Below, piece after piece: positions 53,421 through 63,621 of a stretch of DNA of 64,000 nucleotides. The notes beneath the pieces are model-generated. The model searched no databases, was not told the origin of the DNA, and saw only the letters and a list, made by a program, of their open reading frames with translations. The position numbers and the translations under genes are program-made. Every line of letters starts with the position of its first letter. Within the stretch, counting starts at the first letter, position 1. The stretch lies in assembly GCF_053078305.1 (NCBI RefSeq), contig NZ_CP166879.1; one strand, written 5' to 3'.

Positions 53421-55408
53421 TAGTTCTCCAGAATTTTCTTCCCTTTCATATTCATATCACCATCAGCTTTATAAAACTGATCACCTGTTGTTCCCAACGA
53501 CAATTCATGTCCATTTATAGTGATGTAGCCATCTTTATCCATGCGCAAAGTACTCTTACCACATACAAACTCGATGGAATCGCCTACTGTCACTGTAAGA
53601 GTTTCCCCTACAGTAACAGACTGAGATTTATCCACAGCCTCGGTATCATTCCCTGTTACCTTACTATCCTGATCATTACCTACGCTCTTGCTACGATTGT
53701 TCGTGACAGTCAGAGATTGATCATTTCCTACGCTTACATTTTGATCGTGAGTTACAGTGACGGTCTGATCATGTCCCCCGGCATTCTCCTTACCCACCGT
53801 CACCGTCTGGCCCAGCCCAACGGTAATACTCTGGTTGTTACCGATGGTTTCGGTATGGTCCACTTTCACATCAGTAGTGCGGTTGTTCAGCACTTCCGTA
53901 TCCATGTTCTTCTGTGCATGGATATAGACCTGTTCACCGCCCGTGGCGTCTTCAAACCGCAGCTCGTTAAATCCGCTTCCTTTATAGGTCTTCGACCGTA
54001 TCGTCATCTGCGTCTTCGTCCCCGGCAGACTCCCCGGCGAACGGTTGTCCTCATGGTAGGTCCGCCCCATGATTATCGGCTGGTCCGGGTCGCCGTTCAG
54101 GAAGTCTACAATCACTTCCTGGCCGATGCGCGGTATCGCCAGGTTACCGAACCCCGGCCCCGCCCACGCCTGCGACACCCTCACCCAGCATGAACTCGCC
54201 TCCGTCATCCCGTGATAACGGTCCCAGTGAAACTTCACCCGTACCCGGCCATGTTCATCGCAGAAGATTTCCTCTCCCGCAGGCCCGGTGACAATGGCAC
54301 TCTGCGGGCCGTCCACCTTCGGTTTGCTTTGCACCCGTGGACGCCACGTCCGGTCCGCCGGTATCACCTCTAACTGATTGCCCAGCGTGGTTCCTCTCCC
54401 CTGGCTGCCGTGCAGCGCCTGCGGCTGGCTTCCTGACAGTATGCTCTGTACCACCTGCCATTCACGGTTCAGCATCTTCTGCGGATGCCCCGTCAGCGTA
54501 AACCGCGTTCCCGGCCACAGCCGCGGCGAATTACTCTGCCCTGTGGCCTTTTCCGCATCACTGCGCAGGCTGTCCATCTGGTACAACGTGAAATCCTTGC
54601 CGTGCTGTTCATCCTTGAACCTTCCCGGATAATCAAATATTTCATACTGCGCCAGCTGTCCGTTCAGGTTCTCACCCTGCTGCTCATACATCCCCGGCCA
54701 GTCCGGCACCTTAAACGTGTAATCCTGGCTCTGCACCGACGACGGGCGGACATGCGCCTCATAACGGAACATACTGACACACTCTGTCTCCGCTCCTGCC
54801 GATGTGTCCGGGTTAAACGGAAGCTCTCCCGCCTGTGACAGCCCCGCCACATCGTCGCACAGCGTCAGCTTCTGCTCCGGACTGTCCGCCGCAAACCGCT
54901 CAAAGAAGAAAATCCCCTCCTCCGCCCACAGCCGCGCCAGAAACGCCAGGTCGCTTTCCCCGTACTGCACACAGAACTCCCGCGCCGGATGGTCCTCATA
55001 AAACAGCGGCGTCCACTCCGTGACGCCGTTCTCGTTCAGTAACGTGGCCGATATCGTCCGGATATCCTGCTGCTGGAAGATACGGAAGTTCTGCCGCAGC
55101 CCACACCGCCATAACGGCGGCTGGATACACAGGTGATAACGCATCTGCCAGCCGTTATTCTCCTGCATCCCAAACCCCGCCACCACGCCGGTGACATAAC
55201 GCAGCGGGATGACGCCCTGCCAGATGGTCAGCGTCGCCTTCTTCTCCAGCAGCATCTCCGCCGTCTGCATAAAAGAGTCGCTGGCAACATCCACACTCAT
55301 CACAAACGGATATGACCCGCCCTGGATTAACCGGAAGCTCACCACTGCAAAGGTGTCCGGCTCCTGGCCGTCAACCTCCAGCGTAAAGCGCAGACCTTTT
55401 AAGGACAT
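53420..55408 (-). CDS. vgrG: T6SS spike protein VgrG (paralog 2)
   Basis: 662 aa, MSLKGLRFTLEVDGQEPDTFAVVSFRL...; gp27/gp5-like body and C-terminal beta-helix repeats (TVGxxQSxTV). Confidence 0.9.
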   Translation of the reverse strand: MSLKGLRFTLEVDGQEPDTFAVVSFRLIQGGSYPFVMSVDVASDSFMQTAEMLLEKKATLTIWQGVIPLRYVTGVVAGFGMQENNGWQMRYHLCIQPPLWRCGLRQNFRIFQQQDIRTISATLLNENGVTEWTPLFYEDHPAREFCVQYGESDLAFLARLWAEEGIFFFERFAADSPEQKLTLCDDVAGLSQAGELPFNPDTSAGAETECVSMFRYEAHVRPSSVQSQDYTFKVPDWPGMYEQQGENLNGQLAQYEIFDYPGRFKDEQHGKDFTLYQMDSLRSDAEKATGQSNSPRLWPGTRFTLTGHPQKMLNREWQVVQSILSGSQPQALHGSQGRGTTLGNQLEVIPADRTWRPRVQSKPKVDGPQSAIVTGPAGEEIFCDEHGRVRVKFHWDRYHGMTEASSCWVRVSQAWAGPGFGNLAIPRIGQEVIVDFLNGDPDQPIIMGRTYHEDNRSPGSLPGTKTQMTIRSKTYKGSGFNELRFEDATGGEQVYIHAQKNMDTEVLNNRTTDVKVDHTETIGNNQSITVGLGQTVTVGKENAGGHDQTVTVTHDQNVSVGNDQSLTVTNNRSKSVGNDQDSKVTGNDTEAVDKSQSVTVGETLTVTVGDSIEFVCGKSTLRMDKDGYITINGHELSLGTTGDQFYKADGDMNMKGKKILEN

Positions 55409-55425
55409 AATGACCTCCCTGAAAA
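53910..55425. repeat. About 1.5 kb direct repeat (vgrG 5' region plus leader), copy 2; partner at 61392-62899
   Basis: Near-identical DNA across the two vgrG 5' regions; antisense track ORFs 54485..54838 and 61959..62312 are almost identical as a result. Confidence 0.8.
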
Positions 55426-55450
55426 AATCATAAGTTTATTTTTGTATCAG

Positions 55451-55717
55451 TTAGTTATGACGTACAATAAAATGACTGGCTATCAACGTTGCTCCGCAGG
55501 TTGTTTTATCACCATCATGTGCAGCCTGTTTTCCATTAACAGAAAAACCCTGTCCAGATGCTATAATATTCGTCGTTCCATGCCCCTCTATCGGGCAGAT
55601 TACTTGGTCACCATCACAAGCTACAGGCTGACCTTCATGCAAAAAATCCGCACTGGCACTAATAACAATGCCTCCATGAGATGTTTTATCACCGAGAGTG
55701 ATTAATGATTTCATCAC
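55451..55717 (-). CDS. PAAR-domain protein
   Basis: 88 aa; ...GQPVACDGDQVICPIEGHGTT... Confidence 0.75.
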   Translation of the reverse strand: MMKSLITLGDKTSHGGIVISASADFLHEGQPVACDGDQVICPIEGHGTTNIIASGQGFSVNGKQAAHDGDKTTCGATLIASHFIVRHN

Positions 55718-55769
55718 CTTACCCTTTAATATAATGTATTATGTACGATTTTATTTTTCTGTGCATTTT

Positions 55770-56600
55770 TTAAGGTGTTAATTGCCCAGAGTTATCACCC
55801 TCATAAGATTCTTTTGGTACTGAATGTAACTGCACTTTCCCATATCGACAAACAATCCACCAGATAAAAGATGATATAATGGAGAACGGAAATATAAAAA
55901 CCACATAAAGAGGCCATAGATATACTTTCATCGTTCTTTCACCTTCATCACAAGGCCAGGAACAAAATGGCCATGGCTTATAATGCTCTATGATCTCGGC
56001 AGGCGTCAGGTAAATTTTTTTTTGGCGGAAGTCGTCCCAGTCATACTTTTCAGGTATTCGTAGGTTATCCGAACCTTTATGTATAAAATCTTTTATATAC
56101 TCAACAATAGGCATAAAATTATAATGTCCGTCAAATTCAATTTTATGCTCAACTTTCTGACCAAATCGATCATGCGAATAGAGTAATAAATAAGTTGTTT
56201 TAAGACCTCCGAGGAAATCCAAATCATTTATATTACAAATATATTCTTCATCATTCAAATAAAAATATATTCTTTTTGTTTTTCTATTTAAAACGATATC
56301 AGAATTTCGTTTTATGTTATGTATAAAGCCACGAGTCAAAAACATAAAAAACATTGGGAGTAACATCATCAGCAAGCTATCTATAAGCTTCCTAAAGATG
56401 CTAACTGAATCGGTTGTAGAAAACATATGATATATAATTATTATTGCTGCAACAGACCATGTGAATGAAAAAAAAAGCGTCATAACTCCATATGTCACGC
56501 TATCATTTACAGTAGCTGTTCTTAACGTAAGGCAATGTCGACTTAATGAAATAAACTGCAATCTCATGTCATAACAATTTACTGTTTTTTTGTTCATCAC
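55770..56600 (-). CDS. Putative membrane immunity protein for the upstream effector
   Basis: 276 aa with hydrophobic helices (VMTLFFSFTWSVAAIIIIYHMF, LLMMLLPMFFMFLT); directly downstream of the large effector. Confidence 0.4.
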   Translation of the reverse strand: MMNKKTVNCYDMRLQFISLSRHCLTLRTATVNDSVTYGVMTLFFSFTWSVAAIIIIYHMFSTTDSVSIFRKLIDSLLMMLLPMFFMFLTRGFIHNIKRNSDIVLNRKTKRIYFYLNDEEYICNINDLDFLGGLKTTYLLLYSHDRFGQKVEHKIEFDGHYNFMPIVEYIKDFIHKGSDNLRIPEKYDWDDFRQKKIYLTPAEIIEHYKPWPFCSWPCDEGERTMKVYLWPLYVVFIFPFSIISSFIWWIVCRYGKVQLHSVPKESYEGDNSGQLTP

Positions 56601-56621
56601 ATTCTCGCCATTCTTAATTAT

Positions 56622-59576
56622 TCAAAATGATGGTGGCATACTTTTATTAACCACACCCATATATTGATTAAAATCAAATTCCAGTTTATACTCACAAAGA
56701 ATAGATACATCGTTCATAAAGCCCGTGTTTGGCCTGTATCTAAAACTAAGAGCAACGTCTTCAACATGATGTTTATCCACCTGCTTGCTAAAACGAAGTA
56801 AAACCCCCCCGTTTTCTGGAAACATTCTTTCAATAGTAAAGCCACTAGTTATTTCTCTGATATCACTAACATCAGGTACAAAATCTGGAAGATAAAGAAC
56901 AAACTGTGCCGGCCCGATATAGCAAGTAGAAATGGTATCTCCAACTAATTTCCATTGAGTATAAACATCTGGATGTGTGAGATAACTTGCGAGAGTAGAG
57001 TCAACTAATATAGGTTTATAGCGAACCTTAAAATAATCAACAATAGCTTCATTAATATTTTGAAATTGTTTCATATCTTCGTCAGTGCTGTTTTCATCCC
57101 TGATAAACGCACCAAAAATAGTATGATTCACCCAACGTTCAAATGAGGTATGATTATCTTCATCAGCTTCCAGTCCTAACCATATACCAACAAGAATTAG
57201 CACTAATCCGACGACAACTATCCATCCCACAATAGGTATAGCTCCTGCTGAAAGCGCCCCAGTAACAGCACTGGGTAAAAAACTCGCAGTGACAGAAGGA
57301 AATGCAACCATTAAAGACCCCATTGCACCTGCAATTGCTGATTCAAAACGTAAACCTTTACCATCCGTATCTGATACCCACCATTTAGACAAATCAGAAA
57401 ATAAAGAAAAACCGATTGCAGCAATCCCCAAATACTTACCGAACGCTGCTGACGCAATTTTTTTTAAAATCCATCTTTTGTAATATTCACCAGCCCATAC
57501 AACTCCTTTATCAATCGAATTTCTTTTCATGAAATTTTCAACAGATACTAACAAAGCATTACACCCAGCCAAAGCGCCTGAAAGTGCAGCAATGAAATTT
57601 AATACTTTTCCACATGATATTTTATCATCTGTTATTTCTTTTTTTAGATCAACATATGCAGAAAATAAATAAATCATACCAAATAGTAATAAGCCAGCGG
57701 ATGCGGCAGTTACGCTGACAGAAGTAGATAATTTACCAGAAACTAATTTTTCGGTTGCTCTTGCACTCTGTAAATCTTGCTCCACTACTACAATCAAATC
57801 TCTTTTCCCTCGCCCACTAAAATAAGTAATTTTAGCTTTATCCAGTTCTACCATACCGCTTTCAACCAAAATCTTAAACTGACTGGTAACAGGATTACGT
57901 TCAAATAAATCATTGGTAATAGTATATCGTGCCCTTAATATACCCAATAATTGTCTAATATCCCCACCATCTGCAGCGGCATTTATCTTAGCCAATGCAG
58001 AACCTTTTAATTCAGGGCGACCTTTTATATTTTTACTTTTTAACAAATAAGCAACAATATTAGTCGTAAGAAGGTCAGTTCCAGCGGTAGCTCGCATAAA
58101 AACATCTTTCTTTGATATTTCCTGAATCACGTTATCAGCAGCCCCAAGCCATCCACCTACAGAATTTGCATCTTTTCCAAAAGGGCTATAGGCCAATAAT
58201 GCCTTATAGACAGGACTGTTTGTATCATTAAGCCAAACGTTTAATAATGCTGTTCGAGTATCTTTATCCTCGCGTCCTGGAATAGGATTACCAACACCAT
58301 TAATCATCATAGCAATAGACATTTCCAAACTATATGCTGAAATTTTTACATTTCGGTCATAAAGCATTAATGCACTGGCTACTGATAGACGGTTATTTTG
58401 ACAAGTTTCCTCTGCACTGCTTAGCCAAGCACAATGATCGATTGTAGCTAACTCTGCCTGTCGCAGCACGATTTCTGCATTCTCTTGAATGATTTTCTTT
58501 TCTTCTAAAAAAGCTAAGAATTTCTCCTGATTTATACGTTTAGCAAACCTAGCACCGCTAGCTGAACGAGCTTCATCTATTAACTCATAGAAATGACAGA
58601 CATCGCGATCGCCATCAACTAATGAAGTATCCCCTTTACTTGCACTGAGACTAATTAACGTATTGAATATGAGCTGGCATATAATATCTTCTTCATAAAA
58701 TCTCTTACTTTTAATGTGTAGTTTACTAACATCTAATCGCATAGCTTTAGGTAATATGTAATCCTCTGATTCAGATTTTATATCATTTATCTGATGTCTA
58801 TATAATTCTGCTATTGCAGATACATCAATAGCAATCCCTTCGGCATCTAGCAGGGCAATTACAGCTGGAACTTTAGGTTGATAATTTGGAAAATATGATT
58901 TTAATGATTTCAATTCATTGACATTCGAAACAAAAGGCTCTTCCTCGCTCCATCGCATATCCATTTTTTTTTCTTCAGGTTTATACTCCTCTACCCACTG
59001 TTCCAGAGCATCTATCGGAAGAATATTTTTTTGTATAGAATAATCATGGTTGCAATTAACTAACTCTGCTACATCCACAGCCTGCATAAACCGTTGGCGA
59101 GATGCCAGGTTAGATAAGAGATCATTTACCCTTGTTTGAGTCCACAGATGGGAACTATAACCAATCCATACCTCTGTTGCATCTGTTTCAATCCAGACGT
59201 TTGGCATCTGCTTACCACTTGCATAGGCATCACGCGAGTTATATTGCTCAAGATATTGAATTTGCAACTCCTGAAACAATCCATTCCCTTGATGTTCGTG
59301 TATAATTAACTTTGTATATTTTGGTGATGACAGATAAGTATAAACATATCCTACACGAAGAGCACGCAGTGTATATTTAGAGCAATTCAGCGTAGCAACA
59401 CAGGTAAACCCTTCTTCAAGATTATATTCACAACCTTCCCATGAAAATTTTTGTGAATCATCAAGACATTTAGGAATAATGCCATAGCGTATCGGAAGTA
59501 GAGGAATACGTCCTATCTCTTGTGTGCATGGTTTTGCGGATATAATATTTTCATTCGCCATAAATACACTCTCCAA
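56622..59576 (-). CDS. Large putative T6SS membrane-targeting (pore-forming, VasX-like architecture) effector
   Basis: 984 aa; C-terminal third has several long hydrophobic helices (e.g. GWIVVVGLVLILVGIWLGL); sits between an adaptor-like gene and a membrane immunity candidate. Confidence 0.45.
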   Translation of the reverse strand: MESVFMANENIISAKPCTQEIGRIPLLPIRYGIIPKCLDDSQKFSWEGCEYNLEEGFTCVATLNCSKYTLRALRVGYVYTYLSSPKYTKLIIHEHQGNGLFQELQIQYLEQYNSRDAYASGKQMPNVWIETDATEVWIGYSSHLWTQTRVNDLLSNLASRQRFMQAVDVAELVNCNHDYSIQKNILPIDALEQWVEEYKPEEKKMDMRWSEEEPFVSNVNELKSLKSYFPNYQPKVPAVIALLDAEGIAIDVSAIAELYRHQINDIKSESEDYILPKAMRLDVSKLHIKSKRFYEEDIICQLIFNTLISLSASKGDTSLVDGDRDVCHFYELIDEARSASGARFAKRINQEKFLAFLEEKKIIQENAEIVLRQAELATIDHCAWLSSAEETCQNNRLSVASALMLYDRNVKISAYSLEMSIAMMINGVGNPIPGREDKDTRTALLNVWLNDTNSPVYKALLAYSPFGKDANSVGGWLGAADNVIQEISKKDVFMRATAGTDLLTTNIVAYLLKSKNIKGRPELKGSALAKINAAADGGDIRQLLGILRARYTITNDLFERNPVTSQFKILVESGMVELDKAKITYFSGRGKRDLIVVVEQDLQSARATEKLVSGKLSTSVSVTAASAGLLLFGMIYLFSAYVDLKKEITDDKISCGKVLNFIAALSGALAGCNALLVSVENFMKRNSIDKGVVWAGEYYKRWILKKIASAAFGKYLGIAAIGFSLFSDLSKWWVSDTDGKGLRFESAIAGAMGSLMVAFPSVTASFLPSAVTGALSAGAIPIVGWIVVVGLVLILVGIWLGLEADEDNHTSFERWVNHTIFGAFIRDENSTDEDMKQFQNINEAIVDYFKVRYKPILVDSTLASYLTHPDVYTQWKLVGDTISTCYIGPAQFVLYLPDFVPDVSDIREITSGFTIERMFPENGGVLLRFSKQVDKHHVEDVALSFRYRPNTGFMNDVSILCEYKLEFDFNQYMGVVNKSMPPSF

Positions 59577-60765
59577 TCACCACCCCAACTTGCTTTTTTA
59601 TCATAGGCGAGGGGGAATTTAATTCTAATACTTCCCATGCTTGTTCCGGTGAGCTTTGACAAACCAGTAGAAAATGCTCTCGGATGTGGTACAAAGAGAG
59701 GTTGTCTTTCATAGAGGGAATAAAATTTAATACTACATCCACTGCATCACCAAAATTCTTCCCTTGGTGTTTTTGTAATGTTAGCCAATCTCTCACTAGT
59801 AACTCATTAAAATAATTGCTATTAAGAAAACTTTTTTTGGAGGTTCTTATTTTCATTATTGCATCAAGACGATTTTCTGGTGAAATAGTAACTTCAGCTA
59901 GGATTGAGCAATATAATTCTATCTGCTCATCAGATTCAGATGAATCATCCAAAAAAACACTAACTATTGTTGTTATCATGTTGTATTTATAAATACCCAG
60001 CAACCTAAATATATCATGTATTTTTTGACATTGTTCCGTTCGTCGAGTTAAAGTTTTTTTTGCATGATTTATTAACTCTTCCAATGACAACTGAAATCTA
60101 TATTCTTCCAGAATTGAAATATATTTAAGTTCTCTGTGTGTTAGTTTGAAAAACGACAAATCCTTTAAACTAGGCTTATCCACAACTTGATTATATAAGT
60201 ACCAAGAAACCTTGTTATATAAATTTTCGCACCAGATAATTGAGTTTATACTACCAAGTAAACGCTGTCTTTTACTTGCGATCAGACATCCAATAATAAG
60301 ACTTAAATTATTCGGATACCAGTTTAAATGTATGACATTTGACTTGTGAGTATAGAGTGTTGAGAATTTCGAAAGATGCCAGCAAATTTCCTTTAATGAT
60401 GAAGAACTTATAATTATCAATCCACCGTTACACTTCGCCCATTGTGAAACAAAATGCCTTACAATATCATGACTATGGCTTACATTTATTAATAGCGGTC
60501 CTTTCTCTCGTTTGTAATCATATTTGGTATCTTCCCATAACCATTGATAATAAATAAATGGCTCTATTTCTTTTAGCTGTGTCAGTAATCCGAGATTTGG
60601 TGGTATTGTATTATCATCAGGTTGTATTACCTTCCTAGTACAGCGCTCAATGTTTATAGGATGTAATAATAAGTAAATAGCATCATCATCATTTTGGATT
60701 GATTGAAGGTCAAAATCATCCGTACTTACTTTTATATTATGTCGGGCCAAAAGCGTGGCAAACAT
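59551..60765 (-). CDS. Putative T6SS adaptor/chaperone (DUF4123-like by position)
   Basis: 404 aa ORF; start overlaps the vgrG stop; vgrG-adaptor-effector-immunity order. Confidence 0.4.
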   Translation of the reverse strand: MFATLLARHNIKVSTDDFDLQSIQNDDDAIYLLLHPINIERCTRKVIQPDDNTIPPNLGLLTQLKEIEPFIYYQWLWEDTKYDYKREKGPLLINVSHSHDIVRHFVSQWAKCNGGLIIISSSSLKEICWHLSKFSTLYTHKSNVIHLNWYPNNLSLIIGCLIASKRQRLLGSINSIIWCENLYNKVSWYLYNQVVDKPSLKDLSFFKLTHRELKYISILEEYRFQLSLEELINHAKKTLTRRTEQCQKIHDIFRLLGIYKYNMITTIVSVFLDDSSESDEQIELYCSILAEVTISPENRLDAIMKIRTSKKSFLNSNYFNELLVRDWLTLQKHQGKNFGDAVDVVLNFIPSMKDNLSLYHIREHFLLVCQSSPEQAWEVLELNSPSPMIKKQVGVVIGECIYGE

Positions 60766-62882
60766 TATGATTTACCTTTATCACATGGACAATCTTCTAG
60801 TGGACAACTTCCATCCGGTTTCATAGCACACAAATCATCAAAAGGTTTACCTTCATCGGGATCAACAACAGATTGACTGATTGCAGGAGAGTCGCCAGTA
60901 CTGGCAGAGACATTACCTTTCAGGTAAATATTTCCTGCTTCAATAGTTACCCCCCCACCGTCAATGGTTATTTTCCCTCCAGGACCACGTAACACCATCC
61001 TCTGTCCAGCATCCAGCAATATTTCCGCACTCTGCTGTTTTATTCTTTCCCCCGCATCAAGAAATGATTCTCCTTTCACCTGATGATCATAACTTCCGCC
61101 AGTTTGCTGACTGTAATTTGCCGCAATTTGTTCCTTGCGGTGATTACCGACGGTTTCGATATGATCTTTACCAATCTCCACTTTATGATCTCGGGTGATA
61201 ACCAGATAGTCGTCCTGCGTGATTGCTGTACGGCGATCATGACCAATAAGCCAAGTTTCGTCATGCCCAGTAGTATGTTTTTTATCATTTGTAATTTTAA
61301 TAACTTCATCGTGACCAACCACTTCACTACGATCATTGCCTATAGTGGTTGCTTCATTGTGATTGATAACATTGATTTGATCTCTTTCGGCATGGATATA
61401 CACCTGCTCTTTGCCGGTCGCATCGTCAAATCGCAACTCGTTAAATCCGCTCCCCTTATAGGTCTTCGACCGTATCGTCATCTGCGTCTTCGTCCCCGGC
61501 AGACTCCCCGGCGAACGGTTGTCCTCATGGTATGTCCGGCCCATGATTATCGGCTGGTCCGGGTCTCCGTTCAGGAAGTCAACAATCACCTCCTGACCCA
61601 CCCGCGGTATCGCCAGGTTACCAAACCCCGGCCCCGCCCACGCCTGCGACACCCTTACCCAGCATGAACTCGCCTCCGTTGCCGGGTTATACCTGTCCCA
61701 GTGGAACTTCACCCGTACCCGGCCATGCTCGTCGCAGAAAATCTCTTCTCCCGCAGGCCCGGTGACAATGGCGCTCTGTGGCCCGTCCACCTTCGGTTTG
61801 CTTTGCACCCGTGGACGCCACGTCCGGTCCGCCGGTATCACCTCTAACTGATTTCCCAGCGTGGTTCCCTTTCCCTGGCTGCCGTGCAGCGCCTGCGGCT
61901 GGCTTCCTGACAGTATGCTCTGTACCACCTGCCATTCACGGTTCAGCATCTTCTGCGGATGCCTCGTCAGCGTAAACCGCGTTCCCGGCCACAGCCTCGG
62001 CGAATTACTCTGCCCTGTGGCCTTTTCCGCATCACTGCGCAGGCTGTCCATCTGGTACAGCGTGAAATCCTTGCCGTGCTGCTCGTCCTTGAACCTTCCC
62101 GGATAATCAAATATCTCATACTGCTCCAGCTGTCCGTTCAGGTTCTCACCCTGCTGCTCATACATCCCCGGCCAGTCCGGCACCTTAAACGTGTAATCCT
62201 GGCTCTGTACCGACGACGGGCGGACATACGCCTCATAACGGAACATACTGACACACTCTGTCTCCGCTCCTGCCGATGTGTCCGGGTTAAACGGAAGCTC
62301 TCCCGCCTGTGACAGCCCCGCCACATCGTCGCACAGCGTCAGCTTCTGCTCCGGACTGTCCGCCGCAAACCGCTCAAAGAAGAAAATTCCCTCCTCCGCC
62401 CACAGCCGCGCCAGAAACGCCAGGTCCGACTCCCCGTACTGCACACAGAACTCCCGCGCCGGATGGTCCTCATAAAACAGCGGCGTCCACTCCGTGACGC
62501 CGTTCTCGTTCAGTAACGTGGCCGATATCGTCCGGATATCCTGCTGCTGGAAGATACGGAAGTTCTGCCGCAGCCCGCACCGCCATAACGGCGGCTCAAT
62601 ACGCAGGTGATAACGCATCTGCCAGCCATTGTTCTCCTGCATGCCAAAACCCGCCACCACGCCGGTGACATAACGCAGCGGGATGACGCCCTGCCAGATG
62701 GCCAGCGTCGCCTTCTTCTCCAGCAGCATCTCCGCCGTCTGCATAAAAGAGTCGCTGGCAACATCCACACTCATCACAAACGGATATGACTGGCTCTGGA
62801 TTAACCGGAAGCTCACCACTGCAAAGGTGTCCGGCTCCTGGCCGTCAACCTCCAGCGTAAAGCGAAGACCTTTTAAGGACAT
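60765..62882 (-). CDS. vgrG: T6SS spike protein VgrG (paralog 1) with distinct C-terminal extension
   Basis: 705 aa; first about 497 aa nearly identical to the 53420..55408 paralog, then a different Cys-rich C-terminus. Confidence 0.9.
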   Translation of the reverse strand: MSLKGLRFTLEVDGQEPDTFAVVSFRLIQSQSYPFVMSVDVASDSFMQTAEMLLEKKATLAIWQGVIPLRYVTGVVAGFGMQENNGWQMRYHLRIEPPLWRCGLRQNFRIFQQQDIRTISATLLNENGVTEWTPLFYEDHPAREFCVQYGESDLAFLARLWAEEGIFFFERFAADSPEQKLTLCDDVAGLSQAGELPFNPDTSAGAETECVSMFRYEAYVRPSSVQSQDYTFKVPDWPGMYEQQGENLNGQLEQYEIFDYPGRFKDEQHGKDFTLYQMDSLRSDAEKATGQSNSPRLWPGTRFTLTRHPQKMLNREWQVVQSILSGSQPQALHGSQGKGTTLGNQLEVIPADRTWRPRVQSKPKVDGPQSAIVTGPAGEEIFCDEHGRVRVKFHWDRYNPATEASSCWVRVSQAWAGPGFGNLAIPRVGQEVIVDFLNGDPDQPIIMGRTYHEDNRSPGSLPGTKTQMTIRSKTYKGSGFNELRFDDATGKEQVYIHAERDQINVINHNEATTIGNDRSEVVGHDEVIKITNDKKHTTGHDETWLIGHDRRTAITQDDYLVITRDHKVEIGKDHIETVGNHRKEQIAANYSQQTGGSYDHQVKGESFLDAGERIKQQSAEILLDAGQRMVLRGPGGKITIDGGGVTIEAGNIYLKGNVSASTGDSPAISQSVVDPDEGKPFDDLCAMKPDGSCPLEDCPCDKGKS

Positions 62883-63062
62883 AATGACCTCCCTGATTTA
62901 TTCACGGACCAAATGATTCTCACCATGCAGCAAAGGGTGCCAGTGCAGCGTTACACTCATCTTTACATTTTCAGGTACGCTACCGCCCGGGTTTCCGGCA
63001 TCCGCCATCTCCCTCATGAAAGCGTAACTCCTTACTGACACTCATTTTTTACACGTACAAAA

Positions 63063-63095
63063 ACAACATCCTGCACGAAGGCAGGATGTTGTTGA
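63063..63095 (-). terminator. Hairpin (attenuator/terminator) downstream of hcp
   Basis: caacatcctgc/acgaagg/caggatgttgttg, followed on the transcribed strand by a T-rich run. Confidence 0.45.
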
Positions 63096-63102
63096 CTCAG
63101 AT

Positions 63103-63621
63103 TTATGCTTCCAGCGGTGCACGCCAGTCATCGGCACCAGAAGTACCGGATTTGATGTGCTCCCACTCAACCTTACGGTATGCCAGTGATACTGCGAGCA
63201 ATTGCGTAAACTCACGCTGTGCAGGGTCCTGGCAGTGCGGCATGTGCAGGTTCATGTCCACAATCGTCGCGTCAGTAAGACGTGTGGTGAAGTAGTGCTC
63301 CTGCTTGCCTTCAACTGAAGTACGCCACCAGTGCAGCTCCACTTTCGGCAGCATTTCACCGGAGGCCAGCGCGTTGTACAGCAGCGGAACGGCTTTGTTC
63401 AGCGCCACGGTGAAAATGAACGGTTTGTGCGCGCGCTGCCCGGAAGGTTGACCAGACTGTGGATCGGTTGGAACAGTAACGTTATGCAGAAACTCCTGCA
63501 CCAGCATTTCATCTTCGTGTCCCTGCACGTAGATATTGCCGACAGAATCTGCGGTGAAAGCACCGGCAGTGATGTTCCCCTGGGTCTGACCTGTAATTGA
63601 AATGTAACATGGGGTTGGCAT
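63103..63621 (-). CDS. hcp: T6SS tube protein Hcp
   Basis: 172 aa, MPTPCYISITGQTQGNITAGAFTADS... Confidence 0.9.
   Translation of the reverse strand: MPTPCYISITGQTQGNITAGAFTADSVGNIYVQGHEDEMLVQEFLHNVTVPTDPQSGQPSGQRAHKPFIFTVALNKAVPLLYNALASGEMLPKVELHWWRTSVEGKQEHYFTTRLTDATIVDMNLHMPHCQDPAQREFTQLLAVSLAYRKVEWEHIKSGTSGADDWRAPLEA

Noticed and set aside
54255-55023. Short ORFs on both strands inside vgrG, duplicated at 61687..62497
   Set aside because: They lie inside the two vgrG copies and are duplicated only because the DNA is repeated.
53910-62899. Possible CRISPR-like repeat structure
   Set aside because: The repeats are two about 1.5 kb gene-length copies, not short repeat-spacer units. No CRISPR array was seen in the window.
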